Shown: piece by piece, positions 15,551-24,475 of the stretch
How the letters are laid out: every line of letters begins with the position of its first letter
Numbering within the stretch: position 1 is the first letter of the stretch
Source of the DNA: a virus
Lineage: Duplodnaviria > Caudoviricetes
Strand: one strand, 5' to 3'
Virus record (IMG/VR): IMGVR_UViG_3300023116_000213
Location: 1 to 30,410 of that record
DNA length: 30,410 bases
Translations under genes and position numbers: made by a program
Notes under the pieces: generated by a model
Told to the model about the DNA's origin: nothing
The model's database searches: none
Seen by the model: the letters and a program-made list of their open reading frames with translations, nothing else

Positions 15551-16539
15551 TGAGTTTATTAAAATTAAGAGATTACTATAAACCGTTTGAGCATCCTTGG
15601 ATGTTTGAATACTATGATTTACAAAATCAAATGCATTGGCATCCTGCCTCTGTCCCTCTTCATGCTGATGTGAAGGATTGGAATGAGAAGTTGAATGACA
15701 ATGAAAAGAATTTATTAACACAAATATTCAGATTGTTCACACAGTCTGATGTTGATGTTGCCTCCGGCTACGTAGATAAGTACTTACCTATCTTCAAAAC
15801 ACCAGAGGCTAGAATGATGATGTTGTCTTTCGCTAACATGGAAGCCATTCATCAACATTCATATTCCTTATTGTTGGATACTGTAGGAATGTCGGATTCT
15901 GAGTATAAAGCTTTTTCTGATTATGAAGAAATGGCTAACAAGCATGATTACATTGAGCAGTTTAAACCTAAAAGAGCCAACAAAAGAGAAATAGCAAAGA
16001 CCCTAGCAGTTTACTCTGCCTTTACCGAAGGTCTACAATTGTTTAGTAGCTTTGCTATCTTATTAAACTTCCCTCGATTTGGAAAGATGAAAGGCATGGG
16101 TCAAATAGTAACCTATTCAATTCGTGATGAATCTTTACACGTTGAAGGAATGACTAGATTATTTAAAGAGTTTATCAAGGAGAATCTAGATATCTGGACC
16201 GATGATTTCAAAAAAGAAATCTATGACATTTGTCGTCATATGGTTGAGCTAGAAGATAAGTTCTTAGATTTAGTATTTGAAATGGGAGACATAACTGGGC
16301 TAACTAAAGCAGAAATGTATAAGTACAATAGATACATAGCTGATAGAAGACTATTACAAATAGGATTGAAACCCAATTATGGACAGAAGGATAATCCCCT
16401 TCCATGGTTAGACGAGGTAACTGGAGTAGAACATCAAAACTTTTTCGAAGGTCGTGCCACTTCTTATATGAAAGCAGGACTTAGAGGAGATTACGGAAAA
16501 CTGGAGTTTGCCAATGTCAAAGGAAGCGAATCTAATTAG
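15550..16539 (+). CDS. nrdB: Class I ribonucleotide reductase beta subunit
   Basis: EAIH, EGLQLFSSF, RDESLH di-metal ligands; C-terminal NFFE...Y. Confidence 0.95.
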   Translation: MSLLKLRDYYKPFEHPWMFEYYDLQNQMHWHPASVPLHADVKDWNEKLNDNEKNLLTQIFRLFTQSDVDVASGYVDKYLPIFKTPEARMMMLSFANMEAIHQHSYSLLLDTVGMSDSEYKAFSDYEEMANKHDYIEQFKPKRANKREIAKTLAVYSAFTEGLQLFSSFAILLNFPRFGKMKGMGQIVTYSIRDESLHVEGMTRLFKEFIKENLDIWTDDFKKEIYDICRHMVELEDKFLDLVFEMGDITGLTKAEMYKYNRYIADRRLLQIGLKPNYGQKDNPLPWLDEVTGVEHQNFFEGRATSYMKAGLRGDYGKLEFANVKGSESN

Positions 16540-16729
16540 CTACAAAATTGTTTTTGATAGTAAAGGAAAGTTAATAAGTGAGAGGAGCATTGCTCAGATT
16601 GAGAAAATCAAAGAGCAATTTACCGCCTACGATTACGAAACTTTACAAGCAGTTTTAAGAAAAGCTAAAGTAGAACTAGATAAAGTACACAATTTAATAG
16701 AAGCGGAACTAAATGCCCGAAAAAGTTAG
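16514..16729 (+). CDS. Hypothetical protein
   Basis: GGAG RBS before ATG 16514; last gene of the + strand operon. Confidence 0.65.
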   Translation: MSKEANLISYKIVFDSKGKLISERSIAQIEKIKEQFTAYDYETLQAVLRKAKVELDKVHNLIEAELNARKS

Positions 16730-16847
16730 ATTTTAATAAAATCGACCTCACAGAATCGCGTGTAACGCATTTTATTGGGGTACCTAAGGGTATTAGTCTC
16801 CTTCTTTAAACTTTTGCTTAGAGAAGCTCTATGAGCCTCTGAGAGTA

Positions 16848-16872
16848 AATGCCCTCTTTCGAGGGCTTTTTT
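16848..16872. terminator. Terminator between convergent operons (probably bidirectional)
   Basis: GCCCTC-TTTC-GAGGGC followed by T6. Confidence 0.8.
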
Positions 16873-16874
16873 AG

Positions 16875-17306
16875 TTAAGAAACCTTAATTTTCACAGGTT
16901 TTTTCTCTTCAGGTACTATTTTTTCTAAAACTATAGAAAGTAGACCATTCTTTAGAGAAGCTTTTTTAACTACAATGTCTTCTGCTAGATTAAAACTTCT
17001 AGTAAAAGAACGTTGAGCTAAACCTTGATGAATTAAATCATTCTTCTTTTCATCTTTCTTTTCGTAAGAAATGGTTAGTACTCTTTCTTGTAACTCAATA
17101 TCCACATCACTAGCAGATAATCCTGCCATTGCCATTTCAATTGTGTACAACTCACCATCCTGATATAAATTATAAGGTGGGTATGAGTTATTAGATTGCC
17201 TATCTAAGTTTTGTAATTTAGATAGTTTATTAAATAGAGAATCAAACCCGATTAAGGATTTGCTAAATGATGGATGTGTTAAATCCAAAAGATATTTGCT
17301 TGTCAT
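16875..17306 (-). CDS. hsp20: Small heat-shock protein (IbpA/Hsp20)
   Basis: IGFD, YPPYNL, IEMAMAG, HQGLAQRSFTRSF, A.LKNGLLSI.LE..VPEEKKP..I. Confidence 0.95.
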   Translation of the reverse strand: MTSKYLLDLTHPSFSKSLIGFDSLFNKLSKLQNLDRQSNNSYPPYNLYQDGELYTIEMAMAGLSASDVDIELQERVLTISYEKKDEKKNDLIHQGLAQRSFTRSFNLAEDIVVKKASLKNGLLSIVLEKIVPEEKKPVKIKVS

Positions 17307-17311
17307 ATTAT

Positions 17312-17363
17312 ACTCCTTATTTAAGCAAGTTAATTTTACCTAGAAGCCTTTAAAGCACTTCTA
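17312..17363 (-). promoter_or_regulatory. ROSE-like RNA thermometer in the hsp20 leader
   Basis: mRNA ACUUGCUUAAAUAAGGAGU pairs UUGCU opposite the SD with a bulged G; upstream hairpin UAGAAG/CUUCUA. Confidence 0.7.
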
Positions 17364-17370
17364 AGCTTTT

Positions 17371-17457
17371 TTACTGTATCGTTATAGATAATAACGTCAC
17401 AATAAAAACTGTTACCAAAACAGCTACTTCGAGCCTGTCTTGACATTGTTCGTTCAT
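17371..17457 (-). CDS. 28-aa membrane peptide (MNEQCQDRLEVAVLVTVFIVTLLSITIQ), not in the ORF track
   Basis: ATGA overlap with the holin stop; single hydrophobic segment. Confidence 0.5.
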   Translation of the reverse strand: MNEQCQDRLEVAVLVTVFIVTLLSITIQ

Positions 17458-17843
17458 TTGTCTCTAGCGACACCATTTATTTTTTCGAGGCTTCTCATGC
17501 CTCCTAGTCCAAGCATTCCTAATAACACAGTCATTAAACTGTTCATGTCAAATTCCGGAAGAGTAATCGCAATACCCGAAAGGGATAAGACAAATACCAA
17601 TATTGGTTGGAAAATAAAATGATACGCGAGTGCAGCAGCACAACACCAGCCGACAAATGGTCTCCAGCCCGAGACAAACATATTCTTATGGGCTGCTTCA
17701 ACTTTGTTGACTTCAATCTGAGCCATATTAGCTCTATGTAATTCTGTGGTAATCTCATGCCTAAGCTGTGCTTTTAAATCTTTATCAACGACAAACTTGT
17801 CGAGTATCTTTGATAAAGGTTCTACTAATTTATCAATCATCAT
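17454..17843 (-). CDS. Holin (3TM, gene-transfer-agent-type family)
   Basis: SGWRPFVGW motif, LLGMLGLGGMRS.EK; lies next to the endolysin. Confidence 0.8.
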   Translation of the reverse strand: MMIDKLVEPLSKILDKFVVDKDLKAQLRHEITTELHRANMAQIEVNKVEAAHKNMFVSGWRPFVGWCCAAALAYHFIFQPILVFVLSLSGIAITLPEFDMNSLMTVLLGMLGLGGMRSLEKINGVARDK

Positions 17844-18087
17844 TTAACTCCAGTTCTAAATCTATGGTATCTCTTATAGACTCTAAAATTTCTGCGGGTA
17901 TTAAAACATCAAAGGTTTGTAAATAGTATTGAGTTTTCTCACCCATTCCAGCAACTTCGATATCCAAACAAGCTTCAAACATTTCCCGGTATTTCTCACG
18001 GTGCATCCAAGGCTTATCTTCTCTGGATTGCTTTTTGCAGTAAGCTCTCCAAGCATCGTCTAGCTGGTTTTCTGTATAGAGAATCAT
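17833..18087 (-). CDS. Hypothetical protein
   Basis: Coupled ORF within the lysis cluster. Confidence 0.7.
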   Translation of the reverse strand: MILYTENQLDDAWRAYCKKQSREDKPWMHREKYREMFEACLDIEVAGMGEKTQYYLQTFDVLIPAEILESIRDTIDLELELNDD

Positions 18088-18452
18088 TAATAACTCCAGA
18101 TTCGAGGTGCGGGTCTTGAAGTATCCATATCTAAATGGATAAATCTAGAATCGACTGGTCCCTTTTGTGAAATACCAATTCTAGGCATTCCATGTTTCAG
18201 AGCCACCTCTACGACAATATAGGCTTCTTCCATGCTTACTAAAATATCTACTGCTTTACCAGAGGCATGGGAGCCGGGACTGTCTTTCTTAGCTTCTATA
18301 GGATGTTCTGGTGACCTATAGCCGCTACTTACAATAAATGGAAAATCACACTCTTCACGGATAGCATCAAGCTTTGCCATGAAAGCATCATCCATATTAC
18401 ACTCACCAGTGTGCTTACACTTTAGTTCTTCTTCTGTAAAGTATTTATACAT
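18087..18452 (-). CDS. Endolysin, peptidase M15A family
   Basis: SSGYRS, SH..G.AVDI, FIHLD Zn-binding motifs; ATG 18452 (alternative TTG at 18467). Confidence 0.85.
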   Translation of the reverse strand: MYKYFTEEELKCKHTGECNMDDAFMAKLDAIREECDFPFIVSSGYRSPEHPIEAKKDSPGSHASGKAVDILVSMEEAYIVVEVALKHGMPRIGISQKGPVDSRFIHLDMDTSRPAPRIWSY

Positions 18453-18604
18453 CTTTCTCTTCTCCAAAGAATAAAAAAGATTAGAATGAGGAGAGGTTGT
18501 AGTATTACAAAAATAACTATATTAGCTAGTTGATATCCTAGCCCTGTAACGTCTCCAATTACAACTAATACTTGAACACACCAATTAAAAAAGTCTTCAA
18601 TCAT
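18422..18604 (-). CDS. Small membrane protein upstream of the endolysin
   Basis: Hydrophobic helix with a basic C-terminal tail. Confidence 0.6.
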   Translation of the reverse strand: MIEDFFNWCVQVLVVIGDVTGLGYQLANIVIFVILQPLLILIFFILWRRERCINTLQKKN

Positions 18605-18614
18605 ACTAGTTATA

Positions 18615-21600
18615 CTAAACTATTTCTTCTAGTAAGTCATCCATTTGTTGTTGAACAGGAGTCTTACCTGAGTATGTTAAACCCGTTGTTTTATTAATAG
18701 TATCAGCGGGATTATCTTTAACATTAGGAACATCAACAAGTCCCTTAACTAATCCGCCTTCTGTAGCACCTAATCTTTCTGCAGAAGTTTCGCCTATATA
18801 ATAAAGAGTAATAGGAGTACCTCCCTTCGCAAATTTAAGTCTATCAGACTGATTAGCAACACTGACTGCATTGTCTATATCTTCTCTAAAATTAAGTCTA
18901 CGAACTAATGCTACATCTTCCTTTCTCAAAGAAAAATCAAAATCATTGTCAAATTGATTTATAAGACGATAGATACCTAAATCTTTTGGCTTTTTGATTT
19001 TACTCATTGGAGTATCAAGAACTCCTGTTTTCGGTTCTTCTTTTAAATGTATAACAACAGGAACTGTGTTTCCGCCTTCTGCTTCAACAAGTGCTGCTCT
19101 GTGTCTTCCTTCATGGCTCAACACTTTTCCATTTTTATCAATATATAAATATATAGGGTAAGACCTATCATCTACTTTATCAGGGTTAAACTTACCAAAC
19201 TTACGACCACCTTCATATCCTTCTTCAACTTCTTTTTTTATTTTATCTATTTGTTTTTTACTAGATGTTGTTAATTTTAAATAATCTTTAGTAGGCATTC
19301 GCATGACAAAAGCATTAGGTATTTGTTCTCCTAAATTATTGTAATATTCATCAAAACTTGTAGCTTCACGAATATCGGCACGAGTCAATCCCATATATGC
19401 GGGTTCTATGTCAGAGGATGCTCTACTTCCTATTTCACCAAACTCTTTCCTAGTTAAATCTTGGATATCTTTTTTATCAAACAGCACATAAGTTGTTTGA
19501 GGTTTAAATATACCCTCTTCACCGACTGGGTTGACTCTATAATTTTGTTCAATCTTTAAACCTTTAAATCCTTGTTCTTTTAAAGCATCTTGAATTAGAG
19601 GATATTTTAAATTAATTGATGTTCCTCTTGTGTCAGATATAGGATTATAAAAATTATCTCTACTAAATAATCTTTCATAACCTTGAATAACTTTATAGAG
19701 ATTACCACTATCTAAATAGTCTTGTAGCTTATCTGCTTCATTATCAAACCCTTTTTCTCTTAAATCTTTTTGAACATTTTTAACCGCTTTAATAATCTTA
19801 TCGGTTTCTTTTTTTGACATTAAGCTATCTGGACCATAATCTCTATCAAGCATTGCTTTTACTTTTAAGCCTTTATGAGGATTAATTAATTCTTCATCTA
19901 AAACATTTAACTTAGTCTTATAAACATTTTTTAGTCCGGCTTTATCACCAGCAAATGTTTTAGCATAATCTTCAACATCAGTGAAATAATAACCTACACC
20001 ATCTTCCATTGCTCCACCCTTTTTTAGGTCATCAAACTCATCAAACTTTGTAGGTGAACCATGATAAGCTGAAGGTCTTTTGTCTGGAATGCCTTTTTTA
20101 AGAAGAGCCTTGCTTAATTTAGAAACCAAAGGACCTCCTATAGATAAGCCTAATCGGTCCATTTGTTCGTCCTCAGAGATATCAGTAATTCCTTCAACTA
20201 ATCCGCCTTCTGTAAAACGTCTTCTACCTTTTTCTTCTTCTTCAATTAGTAAAGCTCTCTTTAAAAATTCTTGTTCTTTTCTTGTTATTTGTCTAGCATT
20301 ACTTCTAACATCTGCTTTGGCTCCGGGTCCCCCTATTAAATCCCACGCAGCATAGCCGGGAAAGTTGGTTGCGACTAAATCGGCAACTGACTTTCTACTT
20401 TGTATCCAATCAAAGGCATCTTGTACGGCTGGACCAAAAGGTGTTTTAGCAGCAGCTGCAGGAAGAGGGTCTCCTAGTTCGATATTTCTTCTAAATCTAA
20501 TACCATAATCTAAAGCACCTAATCCTCCCCATCTTCTAATCGCTTCCATAACCTGAGTACTTGGGTCTTCTCTTAAACTTTCACCTTTACTTCTAATAGT
20601 GTTACCTATAAAAGCACCACCTGTCATCAATAAAGCTGCAGTTAGAACTCTTGGAGTAGCAACTCCACCAGTATCTGCTATTTGATTTGAAAACTTTTTC
20701 AAAACAGTGTTGGTAAATACAGTCGGATAACCAGCAAATTGCATTAATAATTGTCCAGCTGCACTATTAAACCATAAAGGTTTGTTTGCCATAGCTGCTG
20801 TAGGCTGAAGAATAACTTCATTTGTAAATCTACTTGCTCCTCTCATGTACCTATCGGTATAAAAGGTTTGGTTTTCTGCTAAAGTCTGATTAAAATTACC
20901 AGCTTCGTCTAAAGACTTACTATACCAGTTAACAGCATCATCAGCATCAATACCTAATTCCGCAAGTTGATTCCTTAAAAATTCACTTTCTTTTTTCTTT
21001 AATTTTAAAGTACCATTTTTTAATTTATAAAGCTGTTCAGTATTCTCTCTTATTAAACGTTTTCCTGTAGTAAACGAAGCTAACTGAACTGCTTTGGTCC
21101 ATTGTTCTAGAAGAGTTGCCTTAAAGAATCCATTAGAAATATTTCTCATGAATTGATTTTGTAAAGCATCGCCAGTCATACCTTCCAGTCTTTCTACAAT
21201 AGCCTGTTCCATAGCTAGTCCGGTTTTATGAGCCTCTCGCCACGTAGCATCATCCCATTTACTTAAAGTAGAAGCTTTAGTAGATTTTCCAGTTAAGCTA
21301 CGGTATCCAGCAGCGAATAATTTATTTAGCTCCCCACCAAATTCTTTACCAATAGCAGTACCAATGTCTTTCATAACTTTGCCACTGTCTTTAGTAGGAA
21401 CACGTGATAATAAAATTAAAGGCTCGGTAATACTTGAAACAGTTACTAGAGGGAGGTGAGCTAATTGTTGTGATAATCTAACAAAGTCTGAAGCGTTGGT
21501 AAAGTATTTATTTTTAACTCTTTGTTTTTTAGCGAACTCACCAACACCTGTAACACCACTATATAATTTTTCAAACTCTGCAATGACCTTTCTACGATTG

Positions 21601-23666
21601 GCTTCATTAGCTTCTCCAGCAAACATGCCTCCAGACTTTTCTAAATTATCAGCGATACCACCTTCGTTATAAATATAGTTCTTTCTAAAATCATCTAATG
21701 TTCTCATGTTATATTTAGCTCTGGTAATAACTTCAGCAGCACTTGTAATATAATCATCAAGAACATTTTCTAAACCGTCTTCTAAAAATATATCTAAATC
21801 GGCATCATCAATGTTTGTAAAAACTCGGCTTTGTAAAAAAGAATAATTATCATTATAAGAAAAGGTTTCAAAAGGAACGTATTTTCTCTCAAGCATATCA
21901 TCAACGATTTTTTCTGCTTTTAATTTCTTTGCTAAGTTCAAAATAGTTTCTTCATCCGCATCTCTACCAGACAATCTGGTTTTTGCCAACTCAACAAAAT
22001 TTATATTAAATACATTTTCATCCGTTACTAATTCGTTAACATCAACACCCTTAACCTGTTTAACTTCTTGTCCTTCTCTAATAAGTATATCTGTATCAAA
22101 TATTTTTTTATTGGCGGCAGCTTTTTCAACATCAATAGGGTCAGCATGTCCGCCTTTAATAATTAATTTTTCTAAAATATCTCTGTGTTTTTTAACTTTA
22201 CTGTAGTTAAATCTTCTTGGAAAATAATCAAGGACTTCAGATTCTTTAGAAAAAACTCCCACTTTATTACCTAATTTAAAAATAGGTTTTAAAACATTTT
22301 CTTTAATGTCCATTGCGGCTTCAATAAGCTCCGGAGAAATAGCCTGACCTTCATATTCTTTTAGTTGAGGGTTTTGTATGACTGCTCGTATTCTTCTTTC
22401 ATCACCTTTAGAGATTCGTCCCATCCATCCCCATCTATCTAAAGTTTTTAAAGCATCTCCTAAGGCATCTCTAAATTGAGCTTTTAATACCATAGCATCT
22501 TCACCAAAACTAAAGCCTTCTTCTGTACCTAAATCAACAGTTCTTACTTTGCCTTTATCGGCAATTTTAGTCATCGTATCAAAAGCATCATACCTAAAGA
22601 CATTCAATGCCTTTTTAAAGCCGTCCTGTTCTGATAATGTTTTAGCTGTTTTTGCTAAAGCCTGTGTTGGTTTTTCAATAAAACCACGACTTAGTAAACC
22701 GGTAATAGTATTAGTATAATCTTTAGGTTCTTTTACTTTCGTAGCTTCTTTACCAAATTTTTCACCGTCAACAAAATCCTGTACGTTATCGATAGCTTTA
22801 TCAGTTTTAATGATTATGTCTTCATCACTGTATTTTGCTAACTTATCAACAAAAGTTTTAGAACCCATACCAGCACCAATTACACCACCAAGGGTACCAC
22901 CAATAGTTCCGCCTAATGCAGTTGTCAGACCCACTTCACCCCAATCAATCTCGTCTCGGACATTGATGTTGACATCGGTACTTTGGTCCATGTAATTATG
23001 AATACCACCAAAACTTGCTCCTTCTAATGCGGCTACTCCTGCTGGTCGTCCTGCTGATTTTGCAGCGGCTTTTATACCAGATTTAATATATGTTTTAACT
23101 CCCTGTTGGGCGGCAACTCTAGCTGCTTCTTTTGCTGCAAAACTAGTTCCGCCTGTAAAAGGAACCATAACCATAGCTAAAAGGTTTAAAGGGTCTCCTA
23201 CTAAATCCCACGCAAAATTTCTAGCAAAGCCTAAAGTTTCTCTAACTCCTCTTAATTCAGCATTATCAAATTGTTCTCTTAAATAAGCATAATCTTGTTT
23301 TTGTTGTTGGGTCCAATTGCCTGATTCAAAACTACGGACTATAGCGGAGGATAAGCTATAATCAGAATCTCTTAGGTATTCAAAAATATTTTCATTTTTA
23401 CCTATACCTTCTAAAAATCTTTCGGCTGCAGCAGAAAACTCTGGGTCTCTTTCTAACTCACTAATACTTTTTTTACGAGGAGCTTGATTAGGTCTTTTAA
23501 AAGGAACATTGCCTGTATAGTCTTCATCAGACGTTACAGTTATTTGGTTTGGAATAGTTGATTGAATAGGTTGAATAGGCTGAATAGGCTGGATAGCCTG
23601 TTGGTTTTCATCTTCTAATTCTTTTAATTGTTTGAGAAAATCTGAATCGGAATAAATGTTGTTCAT
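18615..23666 (-). CDS. Giant polyvalent internal virion/ejection protein with C-terminal ART-like and ParB/Srx-like domains
   Basis: 1683 aa; Gly/Ala-rich hydrophobic N-terminal part, YFPR and MQF..YP motifs; YHGS..FD.F...G.GYYFT (ART-PolyVal-like); EGRHR (ParB-like). Confidence 0.7.
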   Translation of the reverse strand: MNNIYSDSDFLKQLKELEDENQQAIQPIQPIQPIQSTIPNQITVTSDEDYTGNVPFKRPNQAPRKKSISELERDPEFSAAAERFLEGIGKNENIFEYLRDSDYSLSSAIVRSFESGNWTQQQKQDYAYLREQFDNAELRGVRETLGFARNFAWDLVGDPLNLLAMVMVPFTGGTSFAAKEAARVAAQQGVKTYIKSGIKAAAKSAGRPAGVAALEGASFGGIHNYMDQSTDVNINVRDEIDWGEVGLTTALGGTIGGTLGGVIGAGMGSKTFVDKLAKYSDEDIIIKTDKAIDNVQDFVDGEKFGKEATKVKEPKDYTNTITGLLSRGFIEKPTQALAKTAKTLSEQDGFKKALNVFRYDAFDTMTKIADKGKVRTVDLGTEEGFSFGEDAMVLKAQFRDALGDALKTLDRWGWMGRISKGDERRIRAVIQNPQLKEYEGQAISPELIEAAMDIKENVLKPIFKLGNKVGVFSKESEVLDYFPRRFNYSKVKKHRDILEKLIIKGGHADPIDVEKAAANKKIFDTDILIREGQEVKQVKGVDVNELVTDENVFNINFVELAKTRLSGRDADEETILNLAKKLKAEKIVDDMLERKYVPFETFSYNDNYSFLQSRVFTNIDDADLDIFLEDGLENVLDDYITSAAEVITRAKYNMRTLDDFRKNYIYNEGGIADNLEKSGGMFAGEANEANRRKVIAEFEKLYSGVTGVGEFAKKQRVKNKYFTNASDFVRLSQQLAHLPLVTVSSITEPLILLSRVPTKDSGKVMKDIGTAIGKEFGGELNKLFAAGYRSLTGKSTKASTLSKWDDATWREAHKTGLAMEQAIVERLEGMTGDALQNQFMRNISNGFFKATLLEQWTKAVQLASFTTGKRLIRENTEQLYKLKNGTLKLKKKESEFLRNQLAELGIDADDAVNWYSKSLDEAGNFNQTLAENQTFYTDRYMRGASRFTNEVILQPTAAMANKPLWFNSAAGQLLMQFAGYPTVFTNTVLKKFSNQIADTGGVATPRVLTAALLMTGGAFIGNTIRSKGESLREDPSTQVMEAIRRWGGLGALDYGIRFRRNIELGDPLPAAAAKTPFGPAVQDAFDWIQSRKSVADLVATNFPGYAAWDLIGGPGAKADVRSNARQITRKEQEFLKRALLIEEEEKGRRRFTEGGLVEGITDISEDEQMDRLGLSIGGPLVSKLSKALLKKGIPDKRPSAYHGSPTKFDEFDDLKKGGAMEDGVGYYFTDVEDYAKTFAGDKAGLKNVYKTKLNVLDEELINPHKGLKVKAMLDRDYGPDSLMSKKETDKIIKAVKNVQKDLREKGFDNEADKLQDYLDSGNLYKVIQGYERLFSRDNFYNPISDTRGTSINLKYPLIQDALKEQGFKGLKIEQNYRVNPVGEEGIFKPQTTYVLFDKKDIQDLTRKEFGEIGSRASSDIEPAYMGLTRADIREATSFDEYYNNLGEQIPNAFVMRMPTKDYLKLTTSSKKQIDKIKKEVEEGYEGGRKFGKFNPDKVDDRSYPIYLYIDKNGKVLSHEGRHRAALVEAEGGNTVPVVIHLKEEPKTGVLDTPMSKIKKPKDLGIYRLINQFDNDFDFSLRKEDVALVRRLNFREDIDNAVSVANQSDRLKFAKGGTPITLYYIGETSAERLGATEGGLVKGLVDVPNVKDNPADTINKTTGLTYSGKTPVQQQMDDLLEEIV
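18747..20214. repeat. Exact 19-bp direct repeat AACTAATCCGCCTTCTGTA (18747-18765 and 20196-20214)
   Basis: Direct sequence comparison; both copies encode TEGGLV. Confidence 0.9.
23563..23598. repeat. 9-bp tandem repeat (TGAATAGGY x3, plus one degenerate copy) encoding IQP repeats
   Basis: Seen directly in the sequence. Confidence 0.85.
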
Positions 23667-24475
23667 TATAATATCTTTCCTAAATTAATAGTAACTTTGC
23701 TTCCTTCACCTTCGCCACTACCGAAGTACTTTGCTACATTTCTAGCTTGAGAATAAGGATTTAATCCTGCATTCTTTACTCCTTTTAGAAAATCAGTAAA
23801 AATAAATTGACCTTGTTTATCATTAAAATTATATTGGTCTTCGATAATAACGTTACCATTATCATCAGTTTTAATAACTGCTTGTCCAATAGTTGTTTTC
23901 ATAGAATATGAAGGGTCTTGTAGCTTTCCGTACATATCAAAGAGATTCATTTTACCACCGCCAACATCAGCATATTGATTTTGACCCGTTTGATAATCGT
24001 CATAAGTAATTGCATCGCTACCACGAGCTTTAGCATTTTTAACAACTTGTACTAATGCTTCTCTTTCTTTACTAGATAAATCATCAACTGTAATATCTTC
24101 GCGACCTCCAAACAAATCATGGAAAAACTGCCTAACATTAAGTGGCACTGTTTTATCTCTTTCTCTTGGAGGAGGAGCCTTATCTCCGGCTTTAATAGCT
24201 TTTCTTTCTTGTGCTTTACCTTCTTCTAAAACAAACTGTGGTCCAACGAACTCTTGTTTTTGGATTTGCACAGCTTTGTTATTTTCTTTAATTTTAACTA
24301 GGTCTTCTTGCATCTTTTCCAGTTTGTCTTCTGGTTTATTTACAATTAATCTGGACCCAGCAAAAATTAAATCTGGATTGTCAATCTTATTATCTTTGAC
24401 TAACTGAGAAACTGTTGTATCAAATTTCTGAGCAATCTGCGATAATGTATCACCTCTTTTAATTCTATACTTCAT
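23666..24475 (-). CDS. LysM-domain virion protein
   Basis: YRIKRGDTLSQIAQKFDTTVSQLVKDNKIDNPDLIFAGSRLIV is a canonical LysM domain. Confidence 0.85.
   Translation of the reverse strand: MKYRIKRGDTLSQIAQKFDTTVSQLVKDNKIDNPDLIFAGSRLIVNKPEDKLEKMQEDLVKIKENNKAVQIQKQEFVGPQFVLEEGKAQERKAIKAGDKAPPPRERDKTVPLNVRQFFHDLFGGREDITVDDLSSKEREALVQVVKNAKARGSDAITYDDYQTGQNQYADVGGGKMNLFDMYGKLQDPSYSMKTTIGQAVIKTDDNGNVIIEDQYNFNDKQGQFIFTDFLKGVKNAGLNPYSQARNVAKYFGSGEGEGSKVTINLGKIL

Noticed and set aside
9591-16539. Introns, inteins or homing endonucleases in pol, nrdA or nrdB
   Set aside because: Reading frames are continuous and of normal length, with no splice or intein motifs
16730-16847. Structured element in the convergent intergenic gap
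   Set aside because: Only short, imperfect hairpins; not distinguishable from background by eye
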